A stretch of DNA of 63,969 bases, filler included, from Blastocystis sp. subtype 4 (taxonomy: Eukaryota), in NCBI RefSeq assembly GCF_000743755.1. It is 3 parts of 3 records of this genome, joined end to end, with 100 filler letters (N's around TTAATTAATTAA, not from the genome) between each part and the next. Parts side by side here need not be neighbours in the genome. Positions count along the whole stretch, not along the records: positions 25,966 to 51,813 come from NW_014569395.1; 2 more parts are not named here. One strand, given 5' to 3'. The position numbers and the translations under genes are program-made. The number at the start of each line of letters is the position of its first letter. Positions within the stretch are counted from its first letter, which is position 1. The notes beneath the pieces were generated by a model. It searched no databases. It saw nothing but the letters and a program-made list of their open reading frames with translations, and had not been told where the DNA came from. Positions 36,320 through 48,245 of this stretch are shown here, piece after piece.

Positions 36320-39300
36320 TTACATTGAGCGGAAACGTTCCAATCCCATTGTCGTCTTTCTTCGATCATTCTCATCATCATCCTTCACAAAACGACCCAT
36401 GGAAGGTCTACCCGTCATGCTTGTACGAGGAGCGAAGCTTGTTCGTCTCATCGGTGTGTCGTCTTCACTATCTGAATCAACCAGAACTGGATTACGACTA
36501 CGAGGAGCCATATTGTTACGAGTGAACTGGCTGCTACGATTAGCTCCGAAGGCCGAAGCACCAAAACCACTCGTTCTAGTAGGTCCAGAAGGATTCAAAC
36601 GAGAAGCAGACATCGATGGTCGTGTAGGCGAGGCGAAAGAACGGGTACCAAGAATGCTGGTACGTCCAAGGAAAACAGGATCCTCATCATCTGAAGAGCT
36701 AATCGCTTCAACGGTCTTCTGAGGAACGAACTTGCGACCAGGAGCCACAACAATGGGTCGACGACCCATCGGAGTAGGAGAACGAGATAAGCGAGTGATT
36801 GGAGCTGCAAATGTGTAGCTGGGAAGATTATCTTCCGATTCACTTGCAGAAATAGCTTCCTTCTCTTCTGCCTTAGCAAAGTCACCAAGCAGATTCTCTT
36901 CAGCCTCACGTTCACTCTTTCTGTGGTGATGACGATGCTTTTCACCCTTATGATGGCGACGACGAGGTACTGACTCTTCACGAGGTTCTGAGGTAACGCG
37001 ATGGCTACGCTGACGAGGTACTCTCTTTGCCACTGGTTCTTCAGGCTCTTTCTCTTCATCAGATTCATCTTCGGGAACTGGAGTACGAACCTTAGGAACT
37101 TCATCTTCAGATTCTTTCTTTGGTTTCTCTTCTTCGGATAATTCCTCTTCAGATTTTTCTTTAGGCTTTTCTTCTTCCTTAGGCTTCTCTTCCTTGGGTT
37201 TCTCCTCTTCAGAGAACTCTTCCTCAAATTCTTCTTTAGGTTTCTCTTCCTCCTTAGGTTCAGATTTCTCTTCCTCCTTAACAGGAGTAGGTTCTTCATC
37301 AAAATCTTCATCATCAACGGCTTCCTTCTTAGGTTCAGATTTCTCTTCCTTCTTAGTAGGAACAGCAATCTCAATCTCATCTCCAAACTCTTCATCATCA
37401 ATGGCCTCCTTCTTCTCCTCCTTCTCCTTCTTTCCTTTCTTTTCCTTCTTTCCCTTCTTCTCCTTCTTAGGCTTTTCTTCCTTAGGTTTCTCCTCTTCCT
37501 TCGCCTTACGACCACGACGACCACGTCGTCCCTTCTTCTCTCCTTCTTCTTTCGCTTCTTCTTCATCAGCCTTCTTAGCGGCTTCCTCTTCTTTAGTCTT
37601 CTTAGCAGCCTCTTCTTCTGCCTTCTTAGCGGCCTCTTCAGCAGCCTTCTTAGTGGCTTCCTCTTCAGCAGCCTTCTTAGCAGCCTCCTCAGCAGCCTTC
37701 TTAGCAGCTTCTTCTTCTGCCTTCTTAGCGGCCTCTTCAGCAGCCTTCTTAGCAGCTTCCTCTTCGGCCTTCTTAGCAGCTTCTTCCTCAGCCTTCTTAG
37801 CAGCCTCTTCAGCAGCCTTCTTAGCGGCCTCTTCAGCAGCCTTCTTAGCAGCTTCTTCCTCAGCCTTCTTAGCAGCTTCTTCAGCAGCCTTCTTAGCGGC
37901 TTCCTCTTCGGCCTTCTTGGCAGCTTCCTCTTCGGCCTTCTTAGCAGGAGCAGCTTCTTCATCGAAATCGAAGTCTTCATCTTCAATAACTTCCTTCTTC
38001 TCCTCTTTAGGCTTCTCTTCCTTCTTAGCAGGAGTAGGTTCTTCATCGAAATCGAAGTCTTCATCTTCAATGACTTCCTTCTTCTCCTCTTTAGGCTTCT
38101 CTTCCTTCTTAGCAGGAGTAGGTTCTTCATCAAAGTCGAAGTCTTCATCATCAACGGCTTCCTTCTTAGGTTCAGATTTCTCTTCCTTCTTAGTAGGAAC
38201 AGCAATCTCAATCTCATCTCCAAACTCTTCATCATCAATGGCCTCCTTCTTCTCCTCCTTCTTCTCCTTCTTTCCTTTCTTTTCCTTCTTTCCCTTCTTC
38301 TCCTTCTTAGGCTTTTCTTCCTTAGGTTTCTCCTCTTCCTTCGCCTTACGACCACGACGACCACGTCGTCCCTTCTTCTCTCCTTCTTCTTTCGCTTCTT
38401 TGGGCTCTTCCTCCTTAGGCTCTTCCTCCTTAACAGGTTCCTCTTCCTTAGGCTTTTCCTCGACAGGTTCTTCCTTAACAGGCTCTTCTTCCTTAGGCGC
38501 TTCCTCGATAGGCTCTTCTTCCTTAGCAGGTTCTTCTTCCTTGACTGGTTCTTCCATTACAGGCTCAGCAGCCTTCTTAGCAGCCTCTTCTTCTGCTCTC
38601 TTAGCAGCTTCAGCCTCTTCTTCAGCCTTCTTAGCAGCCTCTTCCTCTGCTCTCTTAGCAGCTTCAGCAGCCTTGATAGCATCTTCCTCAGCCTTACGCT
38701 TCGCTGCCTCCTCTTCTGCCTTCTTGCGTCGTTCAGCCTCACGAGCCAAACGCTCCTTCTCTTTGATCTCACGTTCAGCTCGTCTCTTTGCCTCACGTTC
38801 CTCTCTTGCCTTCGTTTCAGCCTCATCTTCCACCTGTTGGCTTCGTCTCTTAATCGGTCTGCGCATCACCGGCTTCAATTTCTGCTTCACAATAGTAACA
38901 TCTTCTTCCACATCTCCAGCCTCTTCCTCAACAACTTCCATCTTGAAAGACATCGTCTCTTCCTGTTGAGCCTCTTCAGCAGCCTTCTTCGCGGCTTCCT
39001 CTTCCGCAGCCTTCCTTGCTGCTTCTTCCTCAGCAGCCTTTGCAGCTTCCTCTTCAGCACGACGATTACGACGACCCATCTTCTCACGGCGCTTTGTACA
39101 AGCTTCGCACGTACAGTTACGATCATGAATTACCAGACCCTTCATTTTTCCCTTTGTCTCAGCTAGATCCAGATAAGCCTTGCTGAAATCACGAATATCA
39201 TCATCAGAACGCTCCGAGGCCCAGTAACGAACTTCAGTAATACGAGCAAATGTTCCCTTGCCTCCAATCATAATCTGATCATTCTCATCTAGGCATAATT

Positions 39301-42300
39301 CATAACCAGTAACTCCTACCAAGAGGCTCACGTTCAGGATTCACAATCTTATTCTCCTTCACCATCTTTCCATCCACAAACAATCTCACTGAAGTCATCT
39401 TCTTGTTTGTGCAATCGACTACAGCACCAATGTGTTTCCAAGTGTCTGCAGGTACCACTACGAATCAATCATCAATCACTTTCTCACAGGAAGAATCTGT
39501 GAACATTTTTCCAGTTGTTGTCTCAAATACCACATAACCATTCTCCAGACCGAAGGACCACATACGATCACTTTCAGTACCACGTGTAATCAGAGGCTAA
39601 TTTTTAATTGTTACTTCTAATCATACCATGTAACCATTACGACCATCTCGCTTCACCCACATTTCAACAGTGAAGTAACGACGCTGAGGATCTGGATGGA
39701 AGTAAGCAACACGAAGAGTATTGCGTTCCATTGTAATCTTAGAAGTCAAAGTACCAAGAGCTTCCTTTCCATCCTTGTCCCAACCAAGGACCAACTGACG
39801 TAACACCTTCACCTTGTCACCATCACCCTTATCAATTGGAACATCGGAGTCCTCAATGAATGCAGCTCCATTAATTGTCATGTTATTACTGTAATTACTA
39901 TCATCGAACACAGTGTTCTGGGAACCATCCTCACGATCCTCCATACGTAGATACAGGACACAAGAGTCTTCACCTTCGTTACCAACCATCATAGCAGCAC
40001 CACCGAAACGAGGATCTTCTTGGGCTTCACCTTCGTCTTCTTGTACCTCCACAATCTGACGAGCTCCTACCCAAGCAGCGACATTGCTCATTTCCAACAA
40101 AGGATATACAGAAGGAAGAGGCTCTGGTTTAGGAATTTCAGGAATCTAAAGCTTATCCTTCTCTTCATATCACATACACGAGGAATCCGCTTCAACTTCC
40201 ATGAAGGGAGAGAGGCTTGCTCACCTCCCACAAGGAGAGTAGGAATACGCTGGGGCAAATTCATTGCAGTGATACTCTCATTACCTCGCTTCTTACTCTT
40301 CAGTGTCTTACCTGACAAAATCTCAGCAGCTTGCTTAATATCAGGTCGAAGACCATCAGCACGAGATGCCTGTTGTTGCAGCAAATTCGATGTAGTCTCT
40401 CCTCCAATATTCATTAAATTCATCAGCTCCCAATCATCACCACACAGATCAAGACATTTGCGAGCAGTATTGAAATCACCACTAATAGCAGCAATTGAAG
40501 CCAATGCACGAAGACGCTCAGCTAGTGTTGAACGAGGATGAGGCAGTAAGGCTGTGAACGGTTTACCTTCTTCTGCTGATTTGAGATATTCCTATTTGTC
40601 ATTCCATACTTCGATCTGTACCATCAGTTGAGGAGCATCACTCAATAGTTCCTGGAGTGCATCATCCAATCGATGCAATGACATAGCAAGATCACTCTTC
40701 ACCTCAGGCGCAATTTGAGGATAATCAGGGAACTCCTTATTAGTGTTATTACTACGAACAATAGCATAAGCAATACTCAGATAACCCTTCTTTCGGAACT
40801 CACGAATCAGTTCACCTGTCACTCCAGCATTATATCCAGGACCCGTAGGACGAGGTCCATTAGGATCTTCCTCTGCAGGCTTATAACCGTATTGCTTGAT
40901 GATCTTCATCATAATCTCCTCACGGTTCTTCACATAACCCTCAGGAGCATACAGAAGACCCATCACCAGAGGCTCCAGAGGAACCAAAGCACGCGACAAT
41001 AACTGAGTCATACGATGATCACGATGCTTACAGGCATAAAGAACACGATCTGGAAGAACAGACATCAGAATTGGTTCTGTAGCATGAATATCCAGAGAAC
41101 CAATAGGACGCTCACGAGAATCAGCCATCATATAATAGAGACGATTATCTGAACAAGAGTAAACAATTGTGTATCCCAACCACTGCATTGATGTGGTCAA
41201 ACGAGCTGTTCCTCCAATCATCACTACAGCAGGACGCTGAGCAATAATATGATACTCCAAATCCACCATTAAGATACGCTATAACTAATATTCCATTCTC
41301 ATATCTACCTGATTGGTACGAATAGCACATAGAGGCTTCTCACCCTCCTCAAGCTGTTGCCAAGCAACTTCACATACAACCTCACCTGCTCGGAAGTGAA
41401 GGCCCTTACTCTTATGCATGGGAGTATATCCTTGCTTACCATCAGCATAATTCTTGCTGAATACCAGCCATTCTGTCATATCTGTATCCTCAATCACAAA
41501 TTGAACCACCTCCAAATTATTTGTCGTTCGCAGAGGCGTTGCAAAGATTCTTTTGATTTGTGATTTGACCTTCCAGATGGTGCGAGTCACCATCGTCATC
41601 TCTAATGGATCTTCTGATTCATTTTTCTCTCCTGTAGGTGTCCTCAGATTCTTCACAATACACTCTCGAAGTTGCAACTCTTTACCATCTCCAACAACCA
41701 AATAGCTATTCATCACTCCTCTTCATAATCACTACTTGTAGTTGTTCAGAGGTAGAACATCCTGACATGGTGCCTCTTTTGGCATTGTAGAAAACATTAC
41801 TTCAGCGAAGAAGTTTCTTATCTTCTCCTCCGACTGCTCTTCCTCCTCATCTCGCTCATTCATGCTATTCACAACCTTCTGTGCCTTCTCTGCTGGAAGG
41901 AAAATGAAGTAACGACGAGGATCATCTCCCTCAATTGGTATTTCTTGATAATTATTCTCATCATTCTCATCAAAATTCGGATCATCCTTATCCACACCAC
42001 TAATAAGGACACGTTGACGAGCTATGCATCACTCTGTTATCTAAATGATACGTTTCTCAGAAGCTTCTGGACGCAAAAACACAACGACACTCTTTCCATC
42101 TTCTGATACCTTCAGACCATCAGCACGCACAATAACTCCTCCATCTTTGGTCTGAATACCTGACTTCAACTCTACAAGATAGTGTGACCAGGCTTCACGC
42201 ATTCCTCGATAATTTACCATGAAGCTAGGGGTAGGCTTGTTCCTACGCAACTCCAAATCATAGTTCGTGAAGTAATGAATCAGAGGAACATTCAGAGGAC

Positions 42301-43567
42301 GCAAGGACTCTTCCGTTGTACCTTGATAGAATGCTCTGAATGGAACCTGACGAGGAGAAGCATTAGTCATACCACGTGCCAAGTGAGTATATTTATCCCA
42401 CAAAGACAGACCAATCACACGACCATTAGGGAATGATAACATAATAATATTCTCACGAGGATGACAAGATAATGAGGGAACACTATTTGCAGGTAGATCT
42501 TCAGCAAGTTCCGAAATCACATATTTCTCGCAGAGTCTCATGGACTTACGAGGGGCGTATCTAATCATAAGAAGAATTTTCAACTCCTACGTCCAAATGG
42601 TTAAGAGAGGAGGATTCTCATCTCCTGTGACAATAGCGAACAAAAGAGGCTCAGTAGGATGGAAGCACAGAGATACAATATTATCTCCAAATGGACAAGT
42701 GTCCAGTTTGGCACACCAGGCTCCCAAAGGACATGAATACACGACAATCGAACTATCGGAACGACCACAAGCAAACACTTTCATTTGAGGATGCCAACTG
42801 ATACATGTAATGTTATTACTCTCCACTCCATATCCCTTAAGACGATCTTCACTAGCTTCTAGACCACGCCCCATATCAATGATTTTCTCCAGTGTTGCTT
42901 CGGCTACATATCATTTGTTCATTCATTCCGTACGTGCATCTTCTTCTTCCTGATCGTCTTCAGCAATATCACCAAAGCCACGCTTACCAATCTGATACAA
43001 CAAGACGAGATTATCACTAGTACCAACAGCTAGCGTACAACCACGATATGAACACGCAGCAGATGTAATATATATACTATAATCGATCTTTGCCTTATCA
43101 CAATCAATTTGGTTCATCATTCCCGACAGACACATACCCTATCTATCAACAACTCAACTCAAACCAACCTCTATCTGATTAGCATTGTAACCACATCCAA
43201 AGGAAGAAGGATTGATTCCTCCATGAGTAGCAGCAAACACTGTTACACACGACTCACCATAACCCTCAGTAGATGCGACAAAATGACGACGTGACATATC
43301 GTAGACAGTCATCGAAGCATTATCTTGACAAGCGATAACGTATTCCTGCCCTTTCTTTGAGAAGGATGCACACATCTGCGCGACATTTCGATTTGAAGGA
43401 ACTCCAGAGGGAATCGTAGCAAGCAAGCCTCCAGTGAACAAATCAAACTCCTGAATTGACTGTTTTGTATGTACATAGTAGCTTGGCTTTCGATTATGGA
43501 AACAGACAGGAATGGGAATATCTCCTGTATAATCGAAGCGTCTATCAAAACGAGTTTGCAAAAACAT
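36320..43567 (-). CDS. TSET complex scaffold TTRAY/TWD40-like protein with LamG-like domain and long charged repeat tail
   Basis: EFDLFTGGLLATI; GEVVCEVAWQQ; SMQWLGYTIVYS; VLPDRVLYA; SRALVPLEPLVMG; RLRALASIAAISGDFNTARKCLDLCGD all parallel my recollection of plant TWD40-1. WD40 repeats (ISWHPQ, CFHPTEP). Confidence 0.75.
37300..38400. repeat. Intragenic repeats: ~260-bp duplication, EDEDFDFDEE units and (K)AEEEAAKK tandem array
   Basis: ~37300-37560 is nearly identical to ~38140-38400; ~14 AAKKA(A/E)EE units at ~37570-37945; three DFDFDEE units at ~37950-38150. Confidence 0.9.
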
Positions 43568-44613
43568 TTCTACATCTCAATCAAAACAGATTCACTCACT
43601 TATCTAATGATAAAACCTCGTTCGAGTTAGATTTTGTCCAGCAAATGGGTCATCATCACGACACACAAAACCCATTATAAGCATGATTATCAGCGCATCG
43701 ACAAATAGATTGAGAACACAATACACATATTTGATTTAGAAGATTCATTCGACAAGTGAATTCAACAAACAAAACGAAAGAGTAGATTACAATCCATCTC
43801 GAGAATGGCAAATAAAAGGAGTACACGTTTGTTCCTATAGTGAAATCGAAGGTAATCGTAGTCGCTTCTCCTCTGAAATGGATGACAAGTAAGATGGTGA
43901 GACATCACATAAACCTAGCTTCCTCTACAAATATAACTAGGTGCTCACACAAACTTTTGGCCGCTTCGGAGTCTGAAGACAAGTTGAAGCTTCTTCCTTG
44001 TGAGAAGGATACAGTTCAATAAACAAATTCATCCTGGAGTAGATCGAATCAATCTGAACTGAAACAAATGATTCAAAGTTACAATCTCAGAAAGAGGAGG
44101 CAATGAAGAGATGAACTCCGACTTCCGACGCAAAAGGGAACTCGAGACAAGTAAATTCCTATCTCTTCGAAAATCCGAAATGGGAGTCGAGTCAATAACA
44201 GCAGAATTTCGAGATTCTTTCGTATCACACTATGTATTCAATATTACAGAACTACTCATACGTTTTTCGGGGAATCACATGGATTGTAATCAATCGACTG
44301 TTGAGAAGGTAAATCTAAAGAGAATTCAGTCACCAGACTGCGGTTGCGAGACTTAAAAGTCAATAACCACAAAACAATCTTACAAAGCTAAGAGAATCAC
44401 CGTTGTCTATATCCTCGTCGCTACTACATGAGACAAAGATCTACTCCGATCAGACTCTACAAAGGACCATTATCCAACCTGAGAGACTTCAGAGAGGTAA
44501 TCTTGAGAATACTCGATTGACGGACGTCGGAGACACTGCATAGTGAGTAAGATCACCCCAAGTATCGCGAAGCACTTTTCAATGATAAATCAATATGACA
44601 ACAAACAACATTC

Positions 44614-45166
44614 TTATCCCCAATCACATGGAGGAACACTATCAAATACACTACTGTGAACAGGAAGAAGTGAAGGAGGCAAATCCACTCGAAGTGGGAG
44701 AAGTTTTTCTTTATATGCACTGGGAATTATATCATCTGTTGATGTATCCATATGTTCTTCTTCTTCTCGTACTACTGGAATCCAAGGAGTATCTTCAATA
44801 GGACGAACAGTTGTTTCAATGAGTCCCACTATGGTCATAACATCCAATAACAAGTACAAGGAATCACAGTCCCTCCAGAACGCATTTCCTCCGTAACCGA
44901 TAGATGACGATATGGACAATTATTTCCCATTTGGCAGAACCCATTTCGTTTAAAATTCTCACAAATTGGAGTAGCTGAAGTTGCTTGAAGGATTCCTGCG
45001 GTTTCTACCCCATAAATTATGGATCCCATGAGTTACCTTTTCGGGATTGAAACCACATCTTGACATTGTTCTGATGTTGTAGAGACTGAAAATGCTGTTC
45101 TCGTTTTTGTTGTGAATCTACAAACGATCTGTCGCAGTAGTCACAGTAATAACGTCGTTGTGGCAT
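44614..45166 (-). CDS. ZMAT5: U11/U12 snRNP 20 kDa protein (minor spliceosome)
   Basis: RRYYCDYCDRSFVDSQQKREQHFQSLQHQ matrin finger, CCCH finger (CENFKRNGFCQMGNNCPYRH), LPPSLLP...DWG C-terminus. Confidence 0.9.
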
Positions 45167-45246
45167 GATAGATCAACTACAAATCTCTCAAATCTAGCAG
45201 TCATACATCGGGAATGGGATTGTACTACCTGAATCCCTCCAAACTA

Positions 45247-47218
45247 TGAATATCAGTGAACTGAGACTAACGAAAGAGACGAGATTTGGGTGTCAGAAAT
45301 ATGAAAGAATCTTGTCATGATGAACATCGAGCTTATTCTTTGGATTTTGGTCTCGATCCTGTTCATTTGTATTTTTGGACTCGATTTGGCAATACTGAGA
45401 AGTTATCTTTGGAAGTGATAGTCATTCCCGTAGATGGTACAAGAAGATTATCGTTCAGATGAGAAAAATAATACTGAAAGTGTTTCAGAAAGTGGTAATA
45501 GTCGATGTTTAATTTGTTACGTTAGAAGTTGGTTCTCAATACCATAATGAACAGGAAGGAACCGATGTGGTTCCACCTGAAGAAGTGGAAGAAGAATGTC
45601 CTTCACCGAAATGTGCCCCTCCTCCAATTCCTGATCGTTGGGAAGGAGAACATATCCCAAAAGCATATACCCTTGGATATGGTACCATTTTTGCAGACGA
45701 TTTCATACACAGATGCTGATTGGCCGTTAGATGATGACTTGGAATATGAGGATCAGTCATATATAAACGATGAAATTATGCGAACTGTGCCTCAAATCCC
45801 TGCACCACTCCCTCCTTCAGCTCATGAAAGGAAATCAAGCCCCTCCTCTCCTTTCTCTGAGTCTTCATCGTCGCCCTACGATTATAGATCACCTTCATAT
45901 AATTTTCAGTCCTCTACAACTATGCCTCAGTCTTCTTCTCTGGATTCAGTTCCACAGAAACCCACAGTGGCACCTCCACTTCCACCTATATTCGATGTAC
46001 CGGAAGGAGATTCACTTGAGAACATGTCTATTGATCAAGTGATTGGATTAGCCCCAGAGACAGACGAATCTAATTCTAAATCCATCATCAAGAAATTCCA
46101 GTCTTCTGTTGGAAGTGCTGTCAAAGAAACTACAACAGCTCTTAGTCGTATACTACGTCGTTCTTCTGCTGAAGAGGATCTGTTGGGTCTTCAGAAGGAA
46201 GTGGAGTCGCCACGACCCGAAGAACCCTTTCCTTATGATGCTAGTATGGACTTTGTCCATGTTGATGCAAGTGCTCCAAGTGCATCCAATGAGGATGTCA
46301 GCGAGATTTTCGGTGTTATTTCGTTTGATGATGATGTTGTGGAAGAAAGTGACTCGGAACCAGAACATTGCGAACAGCCTAAGAAGCGAAAATCGTTCAA
46401 TTCAGAATCCAATAAACTTGAAGCTTTGTTACGCTTCCTGACTATATCGAAGCAAATTACAGCTGAGGAGACACTCAAGATACAAGAAGCTGCTCGGATT
46501 GATAAGCAGAACACCGAACGTATTCTTCAAAGTTACATTGATTCGTATTGACAGAAAGTGTTGTTCATGAGTAGAGGATTCACCATTGAATATAATAAGC
46601 TCCTTGGACGCACTACTGATACTCTTCCCTCTAATGAATTACGTGTTAAGGTTCTTAAAGTATTGTCGTTCAATGGATACCATATAGGAATCGAATGGCA
46701 ATCGATTTGAGATCAAACATCTCAGTACTATTTCGTTTTCTGTACCAAAGATATTCGTTTATCAAGGCTCGTATTTCTATCTTGCTGAACTACGTCAAGG
46801 AAAACTTAATTTCCTTAATAAATGGTGTCCATGTGTAGTTCAAATCTTGCAGCACCAAATACGTATTTTTAAAGGTCTTGGAGACATCTCACAGGAGTCA
46901 ACAATTGTTCGTATTAATTTGCATTCTCTTATGGTATCTTTTTGATTTGATTTTCATATAGACTCTTGGTCCTATCATGAAGAAGACTTACAATAAATGT
47001 ATGTACTTCTATATCAAGTTATTTGAAAATGACCTAACCAACCATCGTGTGCTTGAAGAAAAACCTAGTCATTTCCGACGTGACTTAGTCTGTAAGAATA
47101 GATCATGATTTTCACTTTAGCAATCCAGGCGCTAAAGATTGGAAGTAAAGAAGAATTGGTTCTTCGTGCTTTTGCTTATGAGTTGAATCAACGTCTGATA
47201 TCATTGGGACAGTTATAG
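45247..47218 (+). CDS. Hypothetical protein (spliced; Pro/Ser-rich middle, possible C2-like C-terminus)
   Basis: Long ORF 45529-46551 with flanking exons; TGTTTGTT at 47261. Confidence 0.5.
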
Positions 47219-47285
47219 CGTATTCTACGCTTTCCCCTTGTAGAATTATTCATTGTTAACTGTTTGTTCAAACAATCTCTTGTCA

Positions 47286-48110
47286 ATGAATAACGACGTG
47301 GAAGAAGGAATCATCGAGAAGAACGAACCAACCAAAGTGTGTCCATGGTGGGCTGAGAGTATTCCCATCGTCCTTTTGTTAATTGTCGATGTACTCATCT
47401 GTAAGTACTATATCGATCCCAGAAATGTTACATGGAAGTATCCGATTTATTCTTACATTTTTGGATCTCTATGTTTGGTATGGTTTGTGTACATGATAAC
47501 AGATCGTACAATAATTGGTGGTATTGGTGGATTTTATGACGCATATTGGTTTTGTAACATTGGTCTTCTTCTCACCGCACTAGGAGCGTTTTTCTCTTTA
47601 CCAACTCTCATCGGTCAGTCTATGTGCCTGTTATTGATGCCACATGTATCGTTTTGGATTGACTTCATTTGTTTCCCTTGTTTAAAGCGATGTGTTGTTG
47701 GAGCTTTTCCCTTTATGTTCGATGATTCTACTTCGTTCCGTGAAAAAGTTACGTCCTACCATCACTTCTGGTTCTTCCCTGGACTTGCTTTTCTTCTTTT
47801 GGGGCAGCCGCCAATCTCCATCTCCAGCTTCTACCTTTCAGTTCTTCTCTTCTTGCTGCTTATTATTCTTTCTCGGTACATGACTCCTCTAGAGTATGTG
47901 AATCCTGATGGTTCGAGGCGATATCTGAATGTATGTTGTGCCCACGAATTTCCGGAGTTTGCAAAACACATTCAACCATTTAAGTGGGCCATTGGAAAAC
48001 CGTTCGTGGTGTATGTAAGTGTAATCTTCCTATTTTACGTTGTTCCTGTTAACTTTATTTCCTTTATTGTTCTTGTATTGGTTCAGAAGGGCATCAACAG
48101 TCTTTTATGA
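47286..48110 (+). CDS. Intronless multi-TM protein (TMEM164/YwaF-like, tentative)
   Basis: Six to seven hydrophobic segments; YWFCNIGLLL, SYHHFWF, YLNV. Confidence 0.55.
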   Translation: MNNDVEEGIIEKNEPTKVCPWWAESIPIVLLLIVDVLICKYYIDPRNVTWKYPIYSYIFGSLCLVWFVYMITDRTIIGGIGGFYDAYWFCNIGLLLTALGAFFSLPTLIGQSMCLLLMPHVSFWIDFICFPCLKRCVVGAFPFMFDDSTSFREKVTSYHHFWFFPGLAFLLLGQPPISISSFYLSVLLFLLLIILSRYMTPLEYVNPDGSRRYLNVCCAHEFPEFAKHIQPFKWAIGKPFVVYVSVIFLFYVVPVNFISFIVLVLVQKGINSLL

Positions 48111-48245
48111 GTGAGATAAGTCCTTATAAAGGTGACTGCAATCACTAGATATTTCGTAATATAACATGTTTGTTAACAGTCGTTCAGTATTTGTTCTTTG
48201 GAAGTGGGTCCTTCATCGTAATTCCATTTCTTTTTTGCCGAATCA

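Noticed and set aside
36595..38969. Long alternative-frame and antisense ORFs (589 aa, 591 aa)
   Set aside because: Shadows of the Glu/Lys/Ala repeat coding frame; the same applies to 2749-3199, 8463-8996 and 61305-62062.
40099..40108. ATATCCTT U12-type donor on the minus strand
   Set aside because: Reads through as continuous coding sequence (SVYPLLEM).
43764..44560. Possible small minus-strand gene ending at TGTTTGTT 43771-43764
   Set aside because: A gene probably exists, but I could not assemble a consistent spliced frame, so it is not listed as a feature.
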